The position numbers and the translations under genes were made by a program. Shown in pieces: positions 40,748-50,634 of a stretch of 64,000 bases of DNA. Position 1 is the stretch's first letter. Each line of letters begins with the position of its first letter. Below the pieces are notes generated by a model. That model saw only the letters and a program-made list of their open reading frames with translations. It was not told the DNA's origin and ran no database searches. Source of the stretch: Candidatus Latescibacterota bacterium. GTDB taxonomy: Bacteria; Latescibacterota; UBA2968; UBA8231. The stretch spans positions 2,816,001-2,880,000 of the forward strand of contig OZ244561.1 of assembly GCA_965217585.1 (NCBI GenBank), written 5' to 3'.

Positions 40748-42073
40748 ATGAACACTTTCATTTACCAAATGCAACGCGTCCTGATTGTGGTTGCAATGTC
40801 GGCTATGATGGGATATGGTGAGGATTCGAACTCCGAGGGAAGTGCCTCATCGCCCACAATTGAGAAGACGCTCGTCGCACATCCCGGCGAAACGCTGCAA
40901 GTCAACTCTAGGTATGCCTCGCAGACCATCGACTCCCAAGCGGGAAACCAAGTCAGAGTGGTCGTGACTCGCAGTGTCCTTGAGAAGTACGAGCACGACG
41001 CCGATCGCATTCTCCGGGAACACAAGGTCGAAATCTCGCGCCACGATCACGGTATCACCATTTACACCGATGTGGATGACTCCGTCTTGGAGCGATGGCA
41101 AGCCGATTATAAGACCGTTCCTCCGCTGCGCGTTCACGTAAAAGCACTGGTGCCAAAGCAGGGTTACGACGTAAATGCGACGACGACGTTTGGCAGTCAG
41201 GACATCCAGAACATCAATGGATCGGTCAATGCCCAAGCCCGCCAAGACGCAATTATCATTAACGCCCTCGGCGACGTTCAGGTACGCTCAATTTTCGGTG
41301 GCCTGACCATACGCGATGTCGCCGGTAGCGTCTTGCGCGCCGAGGCCCGTGGAAAGGTCGATATCAAGCACGTAAAAGGTTCCCACGTCAACGCTGCGTC
41401 GAGTTTTGGCTCTTTGGTACTGGATGACATTGCCGGTTTCGCCAATGTCAGTGCCCGTGGGGATGTGAACATCAGCAATGTAGGCGGCGACCTCGAAGTG
41501 TCGTCGAGCTTCGGCGGCGTGACCATACGCGATGTTGTCGGTAGAGTTTTGCGCGCCGAGGCCCGTGGAAAAGTTGATATCAAGCACGTAAAAGGTTCCC
41601 ACGTCAACGCTGCGTCGAGTTTTGGCTCTTTAGTACTGGATGACATTGCCGGTTTCGCCAATGTCAGTGCCCGTGGGGATGTGAACATCAGCAATGTAGG
41701 CGGCGACCTCGAAGTGTCGTCGAGCTTCGGCGGCGTGACCATACGCGATGTCGCTGGTAGTGTCTTGCACGCCAAGGCCCGCGAAAAGGTCGATATCAAG
41801 ACGGTGCGACGCGACATCTTAGACGCGCGTTCCAGCTTTGGGGGCCTTGTACTTGATGATGTTACTGGTGTCGCCTACGCACATGCGCGTCAAGCCATCA
41901 CAGTCAGCAATGTAGGCGGCGACCTCTCAGCATCCTCTAGCTTCGGCAGCGTGACAATTCATCATGTCGGTGGTTCCGTGCGCGCTGAGGCCCGGGGTGA
42001 TATTGAGCTGAAGGATGTAGCAAAAGAGGCGAGCATCCATTCGTCATTTGGCAAGGTCCGCCGGGTGGAGTAG
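40748..42073 (+). CDS. Exported DUF4097-like beta-strand repeat protein
   Basis: Signal peptide, repeated SSFG-x-V/L-x-I/L-x-D/N-V-x-G units; RBS GAGGAG before ATG 40748. Confidence 0.75.
   Translation: MNTFIYQMQRVLIVVAMSAMMGYGEDSNSEGSASSPTIEKTLVAHPGETLQVNSRYASQTIDSQAGNQVRVVVTRSVLEKYEHDADRILREHKVEISRHDHGITIYTDVDDSVLERWQADYKTVPPLRVHVKALVPKQGYDVNATTTFGSQDIQNINGSVNAQARQDAIIINALGDVQVRSIFGGLTIRDVAGSVLRAEARGKVDIKHVKGSHVNAASSFGSLVLDDIAGFANVSARGDVNISNVGGDLEVSSSFGGVTIRDVVGRVLRAEARGKVDIKHVKGSHVNAASSFGSLVLDDIAGFANVSARGDVNISNVGGDLEVSSSFGGVTIRDVAGSVLHAKAREKVDIKTVRRDILDARSSFGGLVLDDVTGVAYAHARQAITVSNVGGDLSASSSFGSVTIHHVGGSVRAEARGDIELKDVAKEASIHSSFGKVRRVE
41304..41760 (+). repeat. 216-bp (72 aa) near-perfect intragenic tandem duplication
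   Basis: GCGCGCCGAGGCCCGTGGAAA at 41335 and 41551; identical peptide AEARGKVDIKHVKGSH...VTIRDV twice. Confidence 0.9.
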
Positions 42074-42099
42074 GGGCACCCACAAGGGACGCCCCTACG
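42070..42099. repeat. GTAG-type REP-like palindrome (identical copy at 48146-48175)
   Basis: GTAGGGGCACCCACAAGGGACGCCCCTACG overlapping the stop codon. Confidence 0.6.
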
Positions 42100-42157
42100 G
42101 AAACGAATTCGTTGATACAAATGGTTTGAAACCTGCTTCGACGCGAAAGGAACTATC

Positions 42158-44509
42158 ATGCTGGGTAACTATCTGACGACGTCGCTGCGCCTTTTGTGGC
42201 GGGAGCGCGGTTATGCGGCGATCAACATCTTCGGCTTGGCGGTCGGTTTTGCTCTATGCCTGCTGGTCATCCAGCTCGCTGCCTATCAGCTCTCGGTTGG
42301 CGATTTCCACGAGAAAAAAGACCGGGTTTTCCGCGTGATGGGGCCAATCAGTCATCCAAGAATTCATACTACGTCCGGGTACACCTCAAGTATGCCAGTA
42401 CCGCTTGGACCGACCCTCAAGGAGCAATTGCCCGAAGTCGAGGAGGCGGTCCGCTTTAGCTGGAATTATCCGCGTCTGCTGCGGGTCGGGGACAAGGAGG
42501 GAATATATGAAAAGGTTGGTGGGGTGGAAGCTGGCGTTTTCGACATGTTTAGCTTGCCACTCCTGCGCGGCGATCCCAAGACGGCCTTGGCGCGTCCCCA
42601 CACCTTAGTGCTGACCGAGCCGTTGGCCCGCCGGCTCTTTGGCGAAAGCGATCCCATTGGACAGGTCGTCCGGGTCAATGAGGAGTTCGATTGCGAGGTT
42701 ACTGGCATCGTCGGCCAGCCGCCCTCCAATTCATTGCTCCAGTTCTCGGCGCTGCTTTCGCTCGCCACAGAGTCAATGGCAGCGTATGGCTGGGGCTTTT
42801 CAGGCTTCTCAGTCTTCGTGCAGCTAACGCCCGGTGCCGACCCTGCTGCGGTAGCTGCGCGCATTGCCGACATCGTCAAGGAAGCTAAGGGGTTGCCCGA
42901 AGCGTCCGATTCCTACGCGCTGCAACCCCTGAAAGCGATTTACTTCGACACGGAGGCACCTAACCACTTTGGCCCGAGGGGCAACACCATGCACCTCGCT
43001 CTGTGCGCCATCTTGGCGGTGGTGATCCTGACAATCGCCGGTTTCAACTATGTGAACTTGGCGACGGCGCGGGCGGGGCGACGAATTCACGAGATCGGTG
43101 TGCGCAAGGCCCTCGGCGCTCATCGCGGCCAGCTCATGCGCCAACTTTTGAGCGAGTCGGTACTGTTGAGCACTGCGGCGACGGTGCTAGGCGCAGCCTT
43201 AACAGAGGTCTTGACTCCGCTTATACCCGTCATTGCGGGAGCCAATTTCGAGTTGCCTCAGTTGCACTGGACGATCTCGACCTACGCTGGGGCTACGGCC
43301 TTGGCGGTGGGGGTTGGACTGATCGCGGGCGCGTACCCGGCTTGGGTCGTGGCGCGCTTTCAGCCGGCGACCGTAGCGCAGGGGGGGCGCATGGGCGGTG
43401 TGCGCCTGCGTCGGGGTTTGGTGGTGGCGCAGTTCACGGTTACGGCGGCGTTGATGACGCTGACGCTGCTGATATGGCACCAAGTCGATTACTTCCAAAA
43501 CCTCCTCCGCGAGGACTCCATCTTGGGGGCAAAGCCGGAACAGGTTGTGGTGATCGAGAACCGCAGTCTGACCGAGGATCAGGCTCGTGCCTTCAAGACG
43601 GAGCTGCTTCAGGACAGCCGCATCGCCGCGGTGAGTATCTCTAATACAATACCTGGTGGGGGTTCGGGAATGGTGTTTCTGAGCGGGGAAGAGCAAATGA
43701 AGATAAATGTGTATAAAGCAGATAGCGACTTCGTCGAAATCATGGGCTTGCGCATGGCCCAAGGACGCGCCTTGACCGACGAACCGGCCGATGCCGACGC
43801 GGTCGTCATCAACGAGACCGCCGCACGGATAATGGGATTGGAGGAACCACTGGGCAAGACGATCAGCGCCTCTAGGGGAGACTCGCGCGTCGTGGGCGTG
43901 ATCAAGGACTTCCACTTCCACGGCCCGCGAAGTAAGATAGAGCCGCTGGTTATACTGCAGGGCGATGAAAGAGGGGGCGTCATTCTCGTGAGGGTGCAAC
44001 CCGGGCATCTCGACGCAGCCCTCAAAGTGATCGACGACCAGTGGGCCGCCGTTGAGCCCCACCGCCCCATCCAGCGCAATTCCCTCGAAGAAGTCACCGC
44101 CAGCCTCTACTCCCAAGACCTGATGGTGGGGCGCGCACTCTCGCTCTTCCTCTTTTTAGCTATCGCCGTCGCCTCGGTGGGACTTTTCGGCATGGCCGCG
44201 CACGCCGCCCATGAGCGCACGAAAGAAATCGGCATCCGCAAGGTGTTCGGCGCTTCTCCCGGCGGCCTCACCGCTATGATGATGCGCGACTTCGCCAAAC
44301 CCATTGCCATCGCTTTCCTGCTCAGCGTGCCGATCGCCTACGGGTTGGCCAACCACTGGTTACAGGAGTTTGCCTATCGCGTGGAAATCGGCGTGGGCCT
44401 GTTCTTGGTGTCGGGCGCTTTGTCTTTCGCCATCGCCGGGCTGACGGTGGGTCACCAAGCGATGCGAGCGGCGCTGACCAATCCGATAGAAACGCTGCGG
44501 GCTGAGTAG
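42158..44509 (+). CDS. ABC permease MacB/FtsX type (copy 4)
   Basis: Paralog motifs as in copy 2. Confidence 0.92.
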   Translation: MLGNYLTTSLRLLWRERGYAAINIFGLAVGFALCLLVIQLAAYQLSVGDFHEKKDRVFRVMGPISHPRIHTTSGYTSSMPVPLGPTLKEQLPEVEEAVRFSWNYPRLLRVGDKEGIYEKVGGVEAGVFDMFSLPLLRGDPKTALARPHTLVLTEPLARRLFGESDPIGQVVRVNEEFDCEVTGIVGQPPSNSLLQFSALLSLATESMAAYGWGFSGFSVFVQLTPGADPAAVAARIADIVKEAKGLPEASDSYALQPLKAIYFDTEAPNHFGPRGNTMHLALCAILAVVILTIAGFNYVNLATARAGRRIHEIGVRKALGAHRGQLMRQLLSESVLLSTAATVLGAALTEVLTPLIPVIAGANFELPQLHWTISTYAGATALAVGVGLIAGAYPAWVVARFQPATVAQGGRMGGVRLRRGLVVAQFTVTAALMTLTLLIWHQVDYFQNLLREDSILGAKPEQVVVIENRSLTEDQARAFKTELLQDSRIAAVSISNTIPGGGSGMVFLSGEEQMKINVYKADSDFVEIMGLRMAQGRALTDEPADADAVVINETAARIMGLEEPLGKTISASRGDSRVVGVIKDFHFHGPRSKIEPLVILQGDERGGVILVRVQPGHLDAALKVIDDQWAAVEPHRPIQRNSLEEVTASLYSQDLMVGRALSLFLFLAIAVASVGLFGMAAHAAHERTKEIGIRKVFGASPGGLTAMMMRDFAKPIAIAFLLSVPIAYGLANHWLQEFAYRVEIGVGLFLVSGALSFAIAGLTVGHQAMRAALTNPIETLRAE

Positions 44510-44528
44510 CGACGCGGAAGGAACTATC

Positions 44529-46889
44529 ATGCTGGGCAATTATCTGACGACGGCGCTACGCCTCCTGTGGCGGGAGCGCAGCTATACGGCGATCAACATC
44601 TTCGGTCTGGCGGTCGGCTTTGCCCTGTGCCTGCTGATCATCCAACTCGCCGACTATCAGCTCGCCGTTGGCGATTTCCACGAGAAAAAAGACCGGGTTT
44701 ACCGCGTGCTGGGGCCAAAGTTTTTGCAGACACCTGGGTACTCGGCAACGTTGCTGATACCGCTGGGGCCGACCCTCAAGGAGCAATTGCCCGAAGTCGA
44801 GGAGGCGGTCCGCTTCAGCGGGCGTGTGCCGCGTCTGCTGCGGGTCGGGGCCAAGGACGGGATCTCCGAAGAAATGCTGACCGCGGAAGCCGGCGTTTTC
44901 GACATGTTCAGCTTTCCGCTCTTGCGCGGCGACCCGAAGACGGCCCTGACGCGCCCCTACACCATAGTGCTGACCGAGCCGTTGGCCCGTCGGCTGTTCG
45001 GAGATAACGATCCCATCGGACAGGTCGTCCGCTACGACGAAAGATTTGATTGCGAGATCACCGGCATCGTCGGTCAGCCACCCTCCAGTTCATTGCTCCA
45101 GTTCTCGGCGCTGCTCTCCTTTGCCACGGAGTACAAGGAGAATCGGGAAATGATGGAGTCGAAGGGTACGAGTGCCTTCAGGACCTTTGTGCAGTTAACG
45201 CCCGGTGCCGACCCTGCTGCGGTAGCCGCGCGCATTCCCGGCATTATCGAGGCGACGGGGATGTCGTCGGATGCTGCCGGGCCCTATGCACTGCAACCTC
45301 TGAAATCGGTTTACTTCGACACGGAGGTGTCCAGCTACCTCGGCCCGAGGGGCAATCCCTTCTACTTGACGCTGTGCGCCATTTTAGCGGCGGTGGTCCT
45401 GACAATCGCCGGGGTCAACTACGTGAATTTGGCGACGGCGCGGGCGGGGCACCGGATTCACGAAATCGGCGTGCGCAAGGCCCTTGGCGCTCACCGCGGC
45501 CAGCTTATGCGCCAGCTTTTGAGCGAGTCGATGCTGCTGAGCGTTGGGGCGACGGTGCTAGGCGCTGTCTTAACAGAGGTCTTGATTCTGCTCATACCCG
45601 TCATTACGGGGTCCGATTTCCAGTTGCCTTACTTGCACTGGACGATCTGGACCTGCGCTGGGGTTGTGGCGCTGGCGGTGGGGGTCGGACTGGCTGCGGG
45701 TATGTACCCGGCGTGGGTCGTGGCGCGCTTTCAGCCGGCGACTGCGGTGCGCGGGGGCCGCGTGGGTGGTGCGCTTCTGCGTCGAGGCTTAGTAGTGGCG
45801 CAGTTTACGGTCACGGCGGCGTTGATGACGATGACGCTGCTGATATGGCACCAACTCGATTACTTCCAAAACCTCTTCCGCGAGAACTCGACCCTAGGGT
45901 TCGAGCCGGAACAGGTAGTGGTGATCAGAAATCTCGCTTTAACCATGGATCAAGCTCGAGTCTTTAAGACGGAGCTTCTTCGGGACAGCCGCATCACCGC
46001 AGTGAGTCTCTCTGAGACAGTACCTGGTGGGTGGTCGCGGGGGATGTACGGTTTCAGGCCGGAGGGCGTGGAAGAGCAAATAAAGGTGAGAGTGTATGAA
46101 GTAGATGGCGATTTCGTCGAAATCATGGGATTGCGCATGAGCGAGGGACGCGACCTAAATGACGAAGCGACCGGCGAAATTGTCATCAACGAGGCCGCCG
46201 CGCGGATGTTAGGGCGGACCGAGCCGCTGGATGAGATGATCAACTTCAAGGGCCAGCGGCGCATCGTCGGCGTGATTGAGGACTTCCACTTCGACGGTCC
46301 GCACAGCAAGATAGAGCCACTGTTCATGGTACCATTTAGTCCATGGCACTGGGCGGGCGTCATTATCGTGCGGGTGCAACCTGGGCATCTCGACGCGGCT
46401 CTCAAAGTGATCGACGACAAGTGGGCCGCCGCCGCGCCCTATCACCCCATCCTGCGCAATCCTCTCGAAGAAGTCTTCGCCAGACTCTATTCCGAGGAGC
46501 TGCTGATGGGACGCGCGCTCACGCTCTTTCTCTTTTTAGCCATCGCCGTCGCCTCGGTGGGACTTTTCGGCATGGCCGCACACGCCGCCCATGAGCGCAC
46601 GAAGGAAATCGGCATCCGCAAGGTGTTCGGCGCTTCTCCTGGCGGCCTCACCGCCATGCTGCTGCGCGACTTCGCCAAACCCGTTGCCATCGCCTTCCTG
46701 CTCAGCGTGCCCATCGCCTACTGGTTGGCTAACCAGTGGTTGCAAGACTTTGCCTATCGCGCGGAAATCGGCGCGGGTCTGTTCCTGTTGTCGGGTGCTT
46801 TGTCCTTCGCCATCGCTGGACTGACGGTGGGGCACCAAGCGATGCGGGCGGCGCTGACTAATCCGATAGAAACGCTGCGCACCGAGTAG
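44529..46889 (+). CDS. ABC permease MacB/FtsX type (copy 5)
   Basis: Paralog motifs as in copy 2. Confidence 0.92.
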   Translation: MLGNYLTTALRLLWRERSYTAINIFGLAVGFALCLLIIQLADYQLAVGDFHEKKDRVYRVLGPKFLQTPGYSATLLIPLGPTLKEQLPEVEEAVRFSGRVPRLLRVGAKDGISEEMLTAEAGVFDMFSFPLLRGDPKTALTRPYTIVLTEPLARRLFGDNDPIGQVVRYDERFDCEITGIVGQPPSSSLLQFSALLSFATEYKENREMMESKGTSAFRTFVQLTPGADPAAVAARIPGIIEATGMSSDAAGPYALQPLKSVYFDTEVSSYLGPRGNPFYLTLCAILAAVVLTIAGVNYVNLATARAGHRIHEIGVRKALGAHRGQLMRQLLSESMLLSVGATVLGAVLTEVLILLIPVITGSDFQLPYLHWTIWTCAGVVALAVGVGLAAGMYPAWVVARFQPATAVRGGRVGGALLRRGLVVAQFTVTAALMTMTLLIWHQLDYFQNLFRENSTLGFEPEQVVVIRNLALTMDQARVFKTELLRDSRITAVSLSETVPGGWSRGMYGFRPEGVEEQIKVRVYEVDGDFVEIMGLRMSEGRDLNDEATGEIVINEAAARMLGRTEPLDEMINFKGQRRIVGVIEDFHFDGPHSKIEPLFMVPFSPWHWAGVIIVRVQPGHLDAALKVIDDKWAAAAPYHPILRNPLEEVFARLYSEELLMGRALTLFLFLAIAVASVGLFGMAAHAAHERTKEIGIRKVFGASPGGLTAMLLRDFAKPVAIAFLLSVPIAYWLANQWLQDFAYRAEIGAGLFLLSGALSFAIAGLTVGHQAMRAALTNPIETLRTE

Positions 46890-46922
46890 CTAGCACACCC
46901 ATTTCGTGAGAGGAGACGCATT

Positions 46923-48149
46923 ATGAACACTTTCATTTACCAAGTGCAACGCGTCCTGATTATGGTCGCGATGTCGGCTATGATGGGATATGGTGAGGAT
47001 CTGAACCCCGAGGGAGATGCCTCATCGCCTACAATTGAGAAGACGCTCGTCGCCCATCCCGGCGAAACGCTGCAAGTCAACTCTAGGTATGCCTCGCAGA
47101 CAATCGACTCCCAAGCGGGGAACCAAGTCAGCGTGGTAGTAACCCGCAGTGTCCTTGAGCAATACAAGCACGACGCCAATCGCATCCTCAATGAACACAA
47201 AGTCGAAATCTCGAGCCCCGACCAAGGTATCACCATTTACACCCACGTGGATGACTCCGTCTTGGAGCGATGGCAATCCGATTATGACACTGCTTCTCCG
47301 CTGCGCGTTCACGTGAAAGTGCTGGTGCCAAAGCAGGGTTACGATGTAGTTGCGAGGACGATGTTTGGCAGTCAGGACATCCAGAACATCGATGGTTCAG
47401 TCCATGCAAGTGCCCGTAAGGACATAACTATCAATAATGTAGACGGCGACCTCGACATATCGTCGAGCTATGGTGGCCTGACTATACGCAATGTCACCGG
47501 TGATGGCGTCTTGCGGGCCTCGGCGCGCAAAACGGTCGATATCAGACACGTAAAAGGCCCCCACGTCAACGCTCGGTCGAGTTATGGCTCTCTGACGCTG
47601 GATGACATTGACGGTTCAGTCCATACAAGTGCCCGTAAGGACATCAATATCAGCAATGTAGACGGCGATCTTAACGTATCGTCGAGCTATGGTGGCCTGA
47701 CCATAAGCAACGTCGCTGGTAATGACAATTCAGTCCATGCAAGTGCCCGTAAGGACATCAATATCAGCAATATAGACGGCGACCTCGACATGTCGTCGAG
47801 CTATGGTGGCCTGACTATACGCAATGTCGCTGGTAGCGTTTTGCGCGCCGAGGCTCGCAAAACGGTCGATATCAAGGCGGTGCGACGCGACATCTTCGAC
47901 GCGCGTTCCAGCTATGGTGGCCTTGTACTTGATGATGTTAGTGGTGCCGCCCACGCACATGCGCGCAAAGCTATCACAGTCAGCAATGTAGGCGGCGACC
48001 TCTCGGCTTACTCTAGCTTCGGCAGCGTGACAATTCATCATGTTGGTGGTTCCGTGCGCGCTGAAGCCCGGGGTGATATTGAGCTGAAGGATGTAGCAAA
48101 AGAGGCGAGCATCAGGTCGTCATTTGGCAAGGTCCGCCGGGTGCAGTAG
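46923..48149 (+). CDS. Exported DUF4097-like beta-strand repeat protein (paralog 2)
   Basis: Paralog of 40748-42073 with SSYGG and ARK repeat variants. Confidence 0.75.
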   Translation: MNTFIYQVQRVLIMVAMSAMMGYGEDLNPEGDASSPTIEKTLVAHPGETLQVNSRYASQTIDSQAGNQVSVVVTRSVLEQYKHDANRILNEHKVEISSPDQGITIYTHVDDSVLERWQSDYDTASPLRVHVKVLVPKQGYDVVARTMFGSQDIQNIDGSVHASARKDITINNVDGDLDISSSYGGLTIRNVTGDGVLRASARKTVDIRHVKGPHVNARSSYGSLTLDDIDGSVHTSARKDINISNVDGDLNVSSSYGGLTISNVAGNDNSVHASARKDINISNIDGDLDMSSSYGGLTIRNVAGSVLRAEARKTVDIKAVRRDIFDARSSYGGLVLDDVSGAAHAHARKAITVSNVGGDLSAYSSFGSVTIHHVGGSVRAEARGDIELKDVAKEASIRSSFGKVRRVQ

Positions 48150-48233
48150 GGGCACCCACAAGGGACGCCCCTACGGAAACGAATTCGTTGATACAAATGG
48201 TTTGAAACCTGCTACGACGCGAAAGGAACTATC

Positions 48234-50558
48234 ATGCTGGGTAACTATCTGACGACGACGCTGCGTCTTCTGTGGCGGGAGCGCGGCTACGCGGCGATCA
48301 ACATCTTCGGTCTGGCGGTCGGCTTTTGCCTGTGTCTGCTGACCGTCCAGCTCGCCGCCTATCAGCTCTCGGTTGGCGACTTCCACGAGAAAAAAGACCG
48401 GGTTTTCCGCGTGTTGGTATCAGACACGCAGAATACCGAGTACACAGCGGGGGTACGAATACCACTGGGGCCGACCCTCAAGGAGCAATTGCCCGAAGTC
48501 GAGGAGGCGGTACGCTTTGGCTGGACTTTTCTTAGTCCGCTTCGGGTCGGGGACAAGGACGGAATATATGAAGAGGTTAGTCAGGTGGAGACTGGCGTTT
48601 TCGACATGTTTAGCTTGCCGCTTCTGCACGGTGACCCCAAGACGGCTTTGTCGCGCCCCTACACCATAGTGCTGACTGAGCCATTGGCCCGTCGGCTCTT
48701 CGGCGAGAGCGATCCCATCGGACAGGTCGTCCACGCCGGGACGTTCGATTACGAGGTTACCGGCATCGTCGGCCAGCCGCCCGCCAACTCGCTGCTCCAG
48801 TTCTCGGCGCTGACCTCCTTCGCCACGAATTACATAATAAATCAGAGCTTGATGGAGTCTGGTTGGGACGTTTCAAGCTTTACGACCTTCGTGCAGCTAA
48901 CGCCTGATGCTGACGCGGCTGCGGTAGTCGCGCACATTTCCGACACCGTCAAGGAGGCCACGGGGTTGACCGATTCCTACGCGCTACAGCCGCTGAAATC
49001 GATCTACTTCGACACGGAGGTGCTCAGCACCATTGGCCCGAGGGGCAACCCCGTGTACCTCGCTCTGTGTGCCATCTTAGCGGTGATAATCCTGACGATC
49101 GCCGGGGTCAACTACGTGAATTTGGCGACGGCGCGGGCGGGGCGACGGATTCACGAGATCGGCGTGCGCAAGGCCCTCGGCGCTCATCGCGGCCAGCTTA
49201 TTGGCCAACTTCTGAGCGAGTCGGTGCTGTTGAGTACTGCGGCGACGGTGCTGGGCGTTGCCATGGCAGAGATTATGATTCTGCTCCTACCCGCGATTGT
49301 GGGATTCGATTTTGAATGGTCATCCCTGCGCTGGACGATCTCGACTTACGCCGGGGCTGTGGTGCTGGCGGTGGGGGTTGGACTGGTCGCAGGTGCGTAC
49401 CCGGCGTGGGTCGTGGCGCGCTTTCAGCCGACGGCTGCGGTGCGCGAAGGCCGCGTAGGCGGTGTACTCCTGCGTCGGGGTTTGGTGGTGACGCAGTTCA
49501 CGGCCACTACGGCGTTGCTGACGATGACGCTGCTGATATGGCACCAGATTGATTACATCCAAGACCGCTTCCGCGAGAACTCCATCTTGGGAGCGGAGCC
49601 GGAACAGGTTGTCGTCGTCCAGAACCGCGGTTTGACCGTGGATCAGGCTCAAGCCTTCAAGACAGAGCTGCTTCAGGACAGCCACATCGCCGCGGTGAGT
49701 CTCTCTATGACAGTACCGGGTGAGGGTTCGGGAGCGTCGAGTTTTACAGCGGAAGGGCAAAGGATAAACAAGTATCAAGTAGATGGCGACTTCGTCGAAA
49801 TCATGGGCTTGCGCATGATCCAGGGACGCGCCCTGACCGACGAACCGGCCGACGCCTATGCGGTCGTCATCAACGAGGCCACCGCGAGGATAATGGGGCC
49901 AGGCAAGACGATCCCCCCTTGGGGGGTAGAAAAGCGCGTCGTGGGCGTGATCGAGGACTTTCACTTCTACGGTCCGCGCCATGAGATAGAGCCACTGGTC
50001 ATGGAACAGGTCGCTGGATGGGTCGGCGTTATTATCGTGCGGGTGCGCCCCGGCCATCTCGACGCAGCTCTCAAAGTGATTGACGACAAGTGGGCCGCCG
50101 TCGCGCCCTACAACCTCATCCAGCGCAACTCCCTCGAAGAGGTCACCACCAAACTCTACTCCGAGGACCTGATGATGGGCCGCGCACTCGCGGTCTTTCT
50201 CTTTTTAGCCATCGCCGTCGCCTCGGTAGGACTCTTCGGCATGGCCGCGCACGCCGCCCATGAGCGCACCAAGGAAATCGGCATCCGCAAGGTGTTCGGC
50301 GCTTCTCCCGGCGGTCTCACCGCTATGATGCTGCGGGACTTTGCCAAACCCGTTGCCATCGCCTTCCTGCTCAGCGTGCCCATCGCCTACGGCTTGGCCA
50401 CCCACTGGCTACAGGAGTTTGCCTATCGCGTGGAAATCGGCGTGGGCCTGTTCTTGGTGTCGGGAGCCTTGTCCTTCGTCATTGCCGGGCTGACGGTGGG
50501 CCACCAAGCGATGCGAGCGGCCCTGACCAATCCGATAGAAACGCTGCGCACTGAATGA
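48234..50558 (+). CDS. ABC permease MacB/FtsX type (copy 6)
   Basis: Paralog motifs as in copy 2. Confidence 0.92.
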   Translation: MLGNYLTTTLRLLWRERGYAAINIFGLAVGFCLCLLTVQLAAYQLSVGDFHEKKDRVFRVLVSDTQNTEYTAGVRIPLGPTLKEQLPEVEEAVRFGWTFLSPLRVGDKDGIYEEVSQVETGVFDMFSLPLLHGDPKTALSRPYTIVLTEPLARRLFGESDPIGQVVHAGTFDYEVTGIVGQPPANSLLQFSALTSFATNYIINQSLMESGWDVSSFTTFVQLTPDADAAAVVAHISDTVKEATGLTDSYALQPLKSIYFDTEVLSTIGPRGNPVYLALCAILAVIILTIAGVNYVNLATARAGRRIHEIGVRKALGAHRGQLIGQLLSESVLLSTAATVLGVAMAEIMILLLPAIVGFDFEWSSLRWTISTYAGAVVLAVGVGLVAGAYPAWVVARFQPTAAVREGRVGGVLLRRGLVVTQFTATTALLTMTLLIWHQIDYIQDRFRENSILGAEPEQVVVVQNRGLTVDQAQAFKTELLQDSHIAAVSLSMTVPGEGSGASSFTAEGQRINKYQVDGDFVEIMGLRMIQGRALTDEPADAYAVVINEATARIMGPGKTIPPWGVEKRVVGVIEDFHFYGPRHEIEPLVMEQVAGWVGVIIVRVRPGHLDAALKVIDDKWAAVAPYNLIQRNSLEEVTTKLYSEDLMMGRALAVFLFLAIAVASVGLFGMAAHAAHERTKEIGIRKVFGASPGGLTAMMLRDFAKPVAIAFLLSVPIAYGLATHWLQEFAYRVEIGVGLFLVSGALSFVIAGLTVGHQAMRAALTNPIETLRTE

Positions 50559-50634
50559 CCAAGACGCGGAAGCACATCGTGATCGAGATGCACGACATGG
50601 AGAAGATGCTCACTACGAAACGAAAGGAACGATC

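Noticed and set aside
41304-41760. CRISPR-like or non-coding repeat array
   Set aside because: The repeats are in-frame coding units with no spacers, and there are no cas genes.
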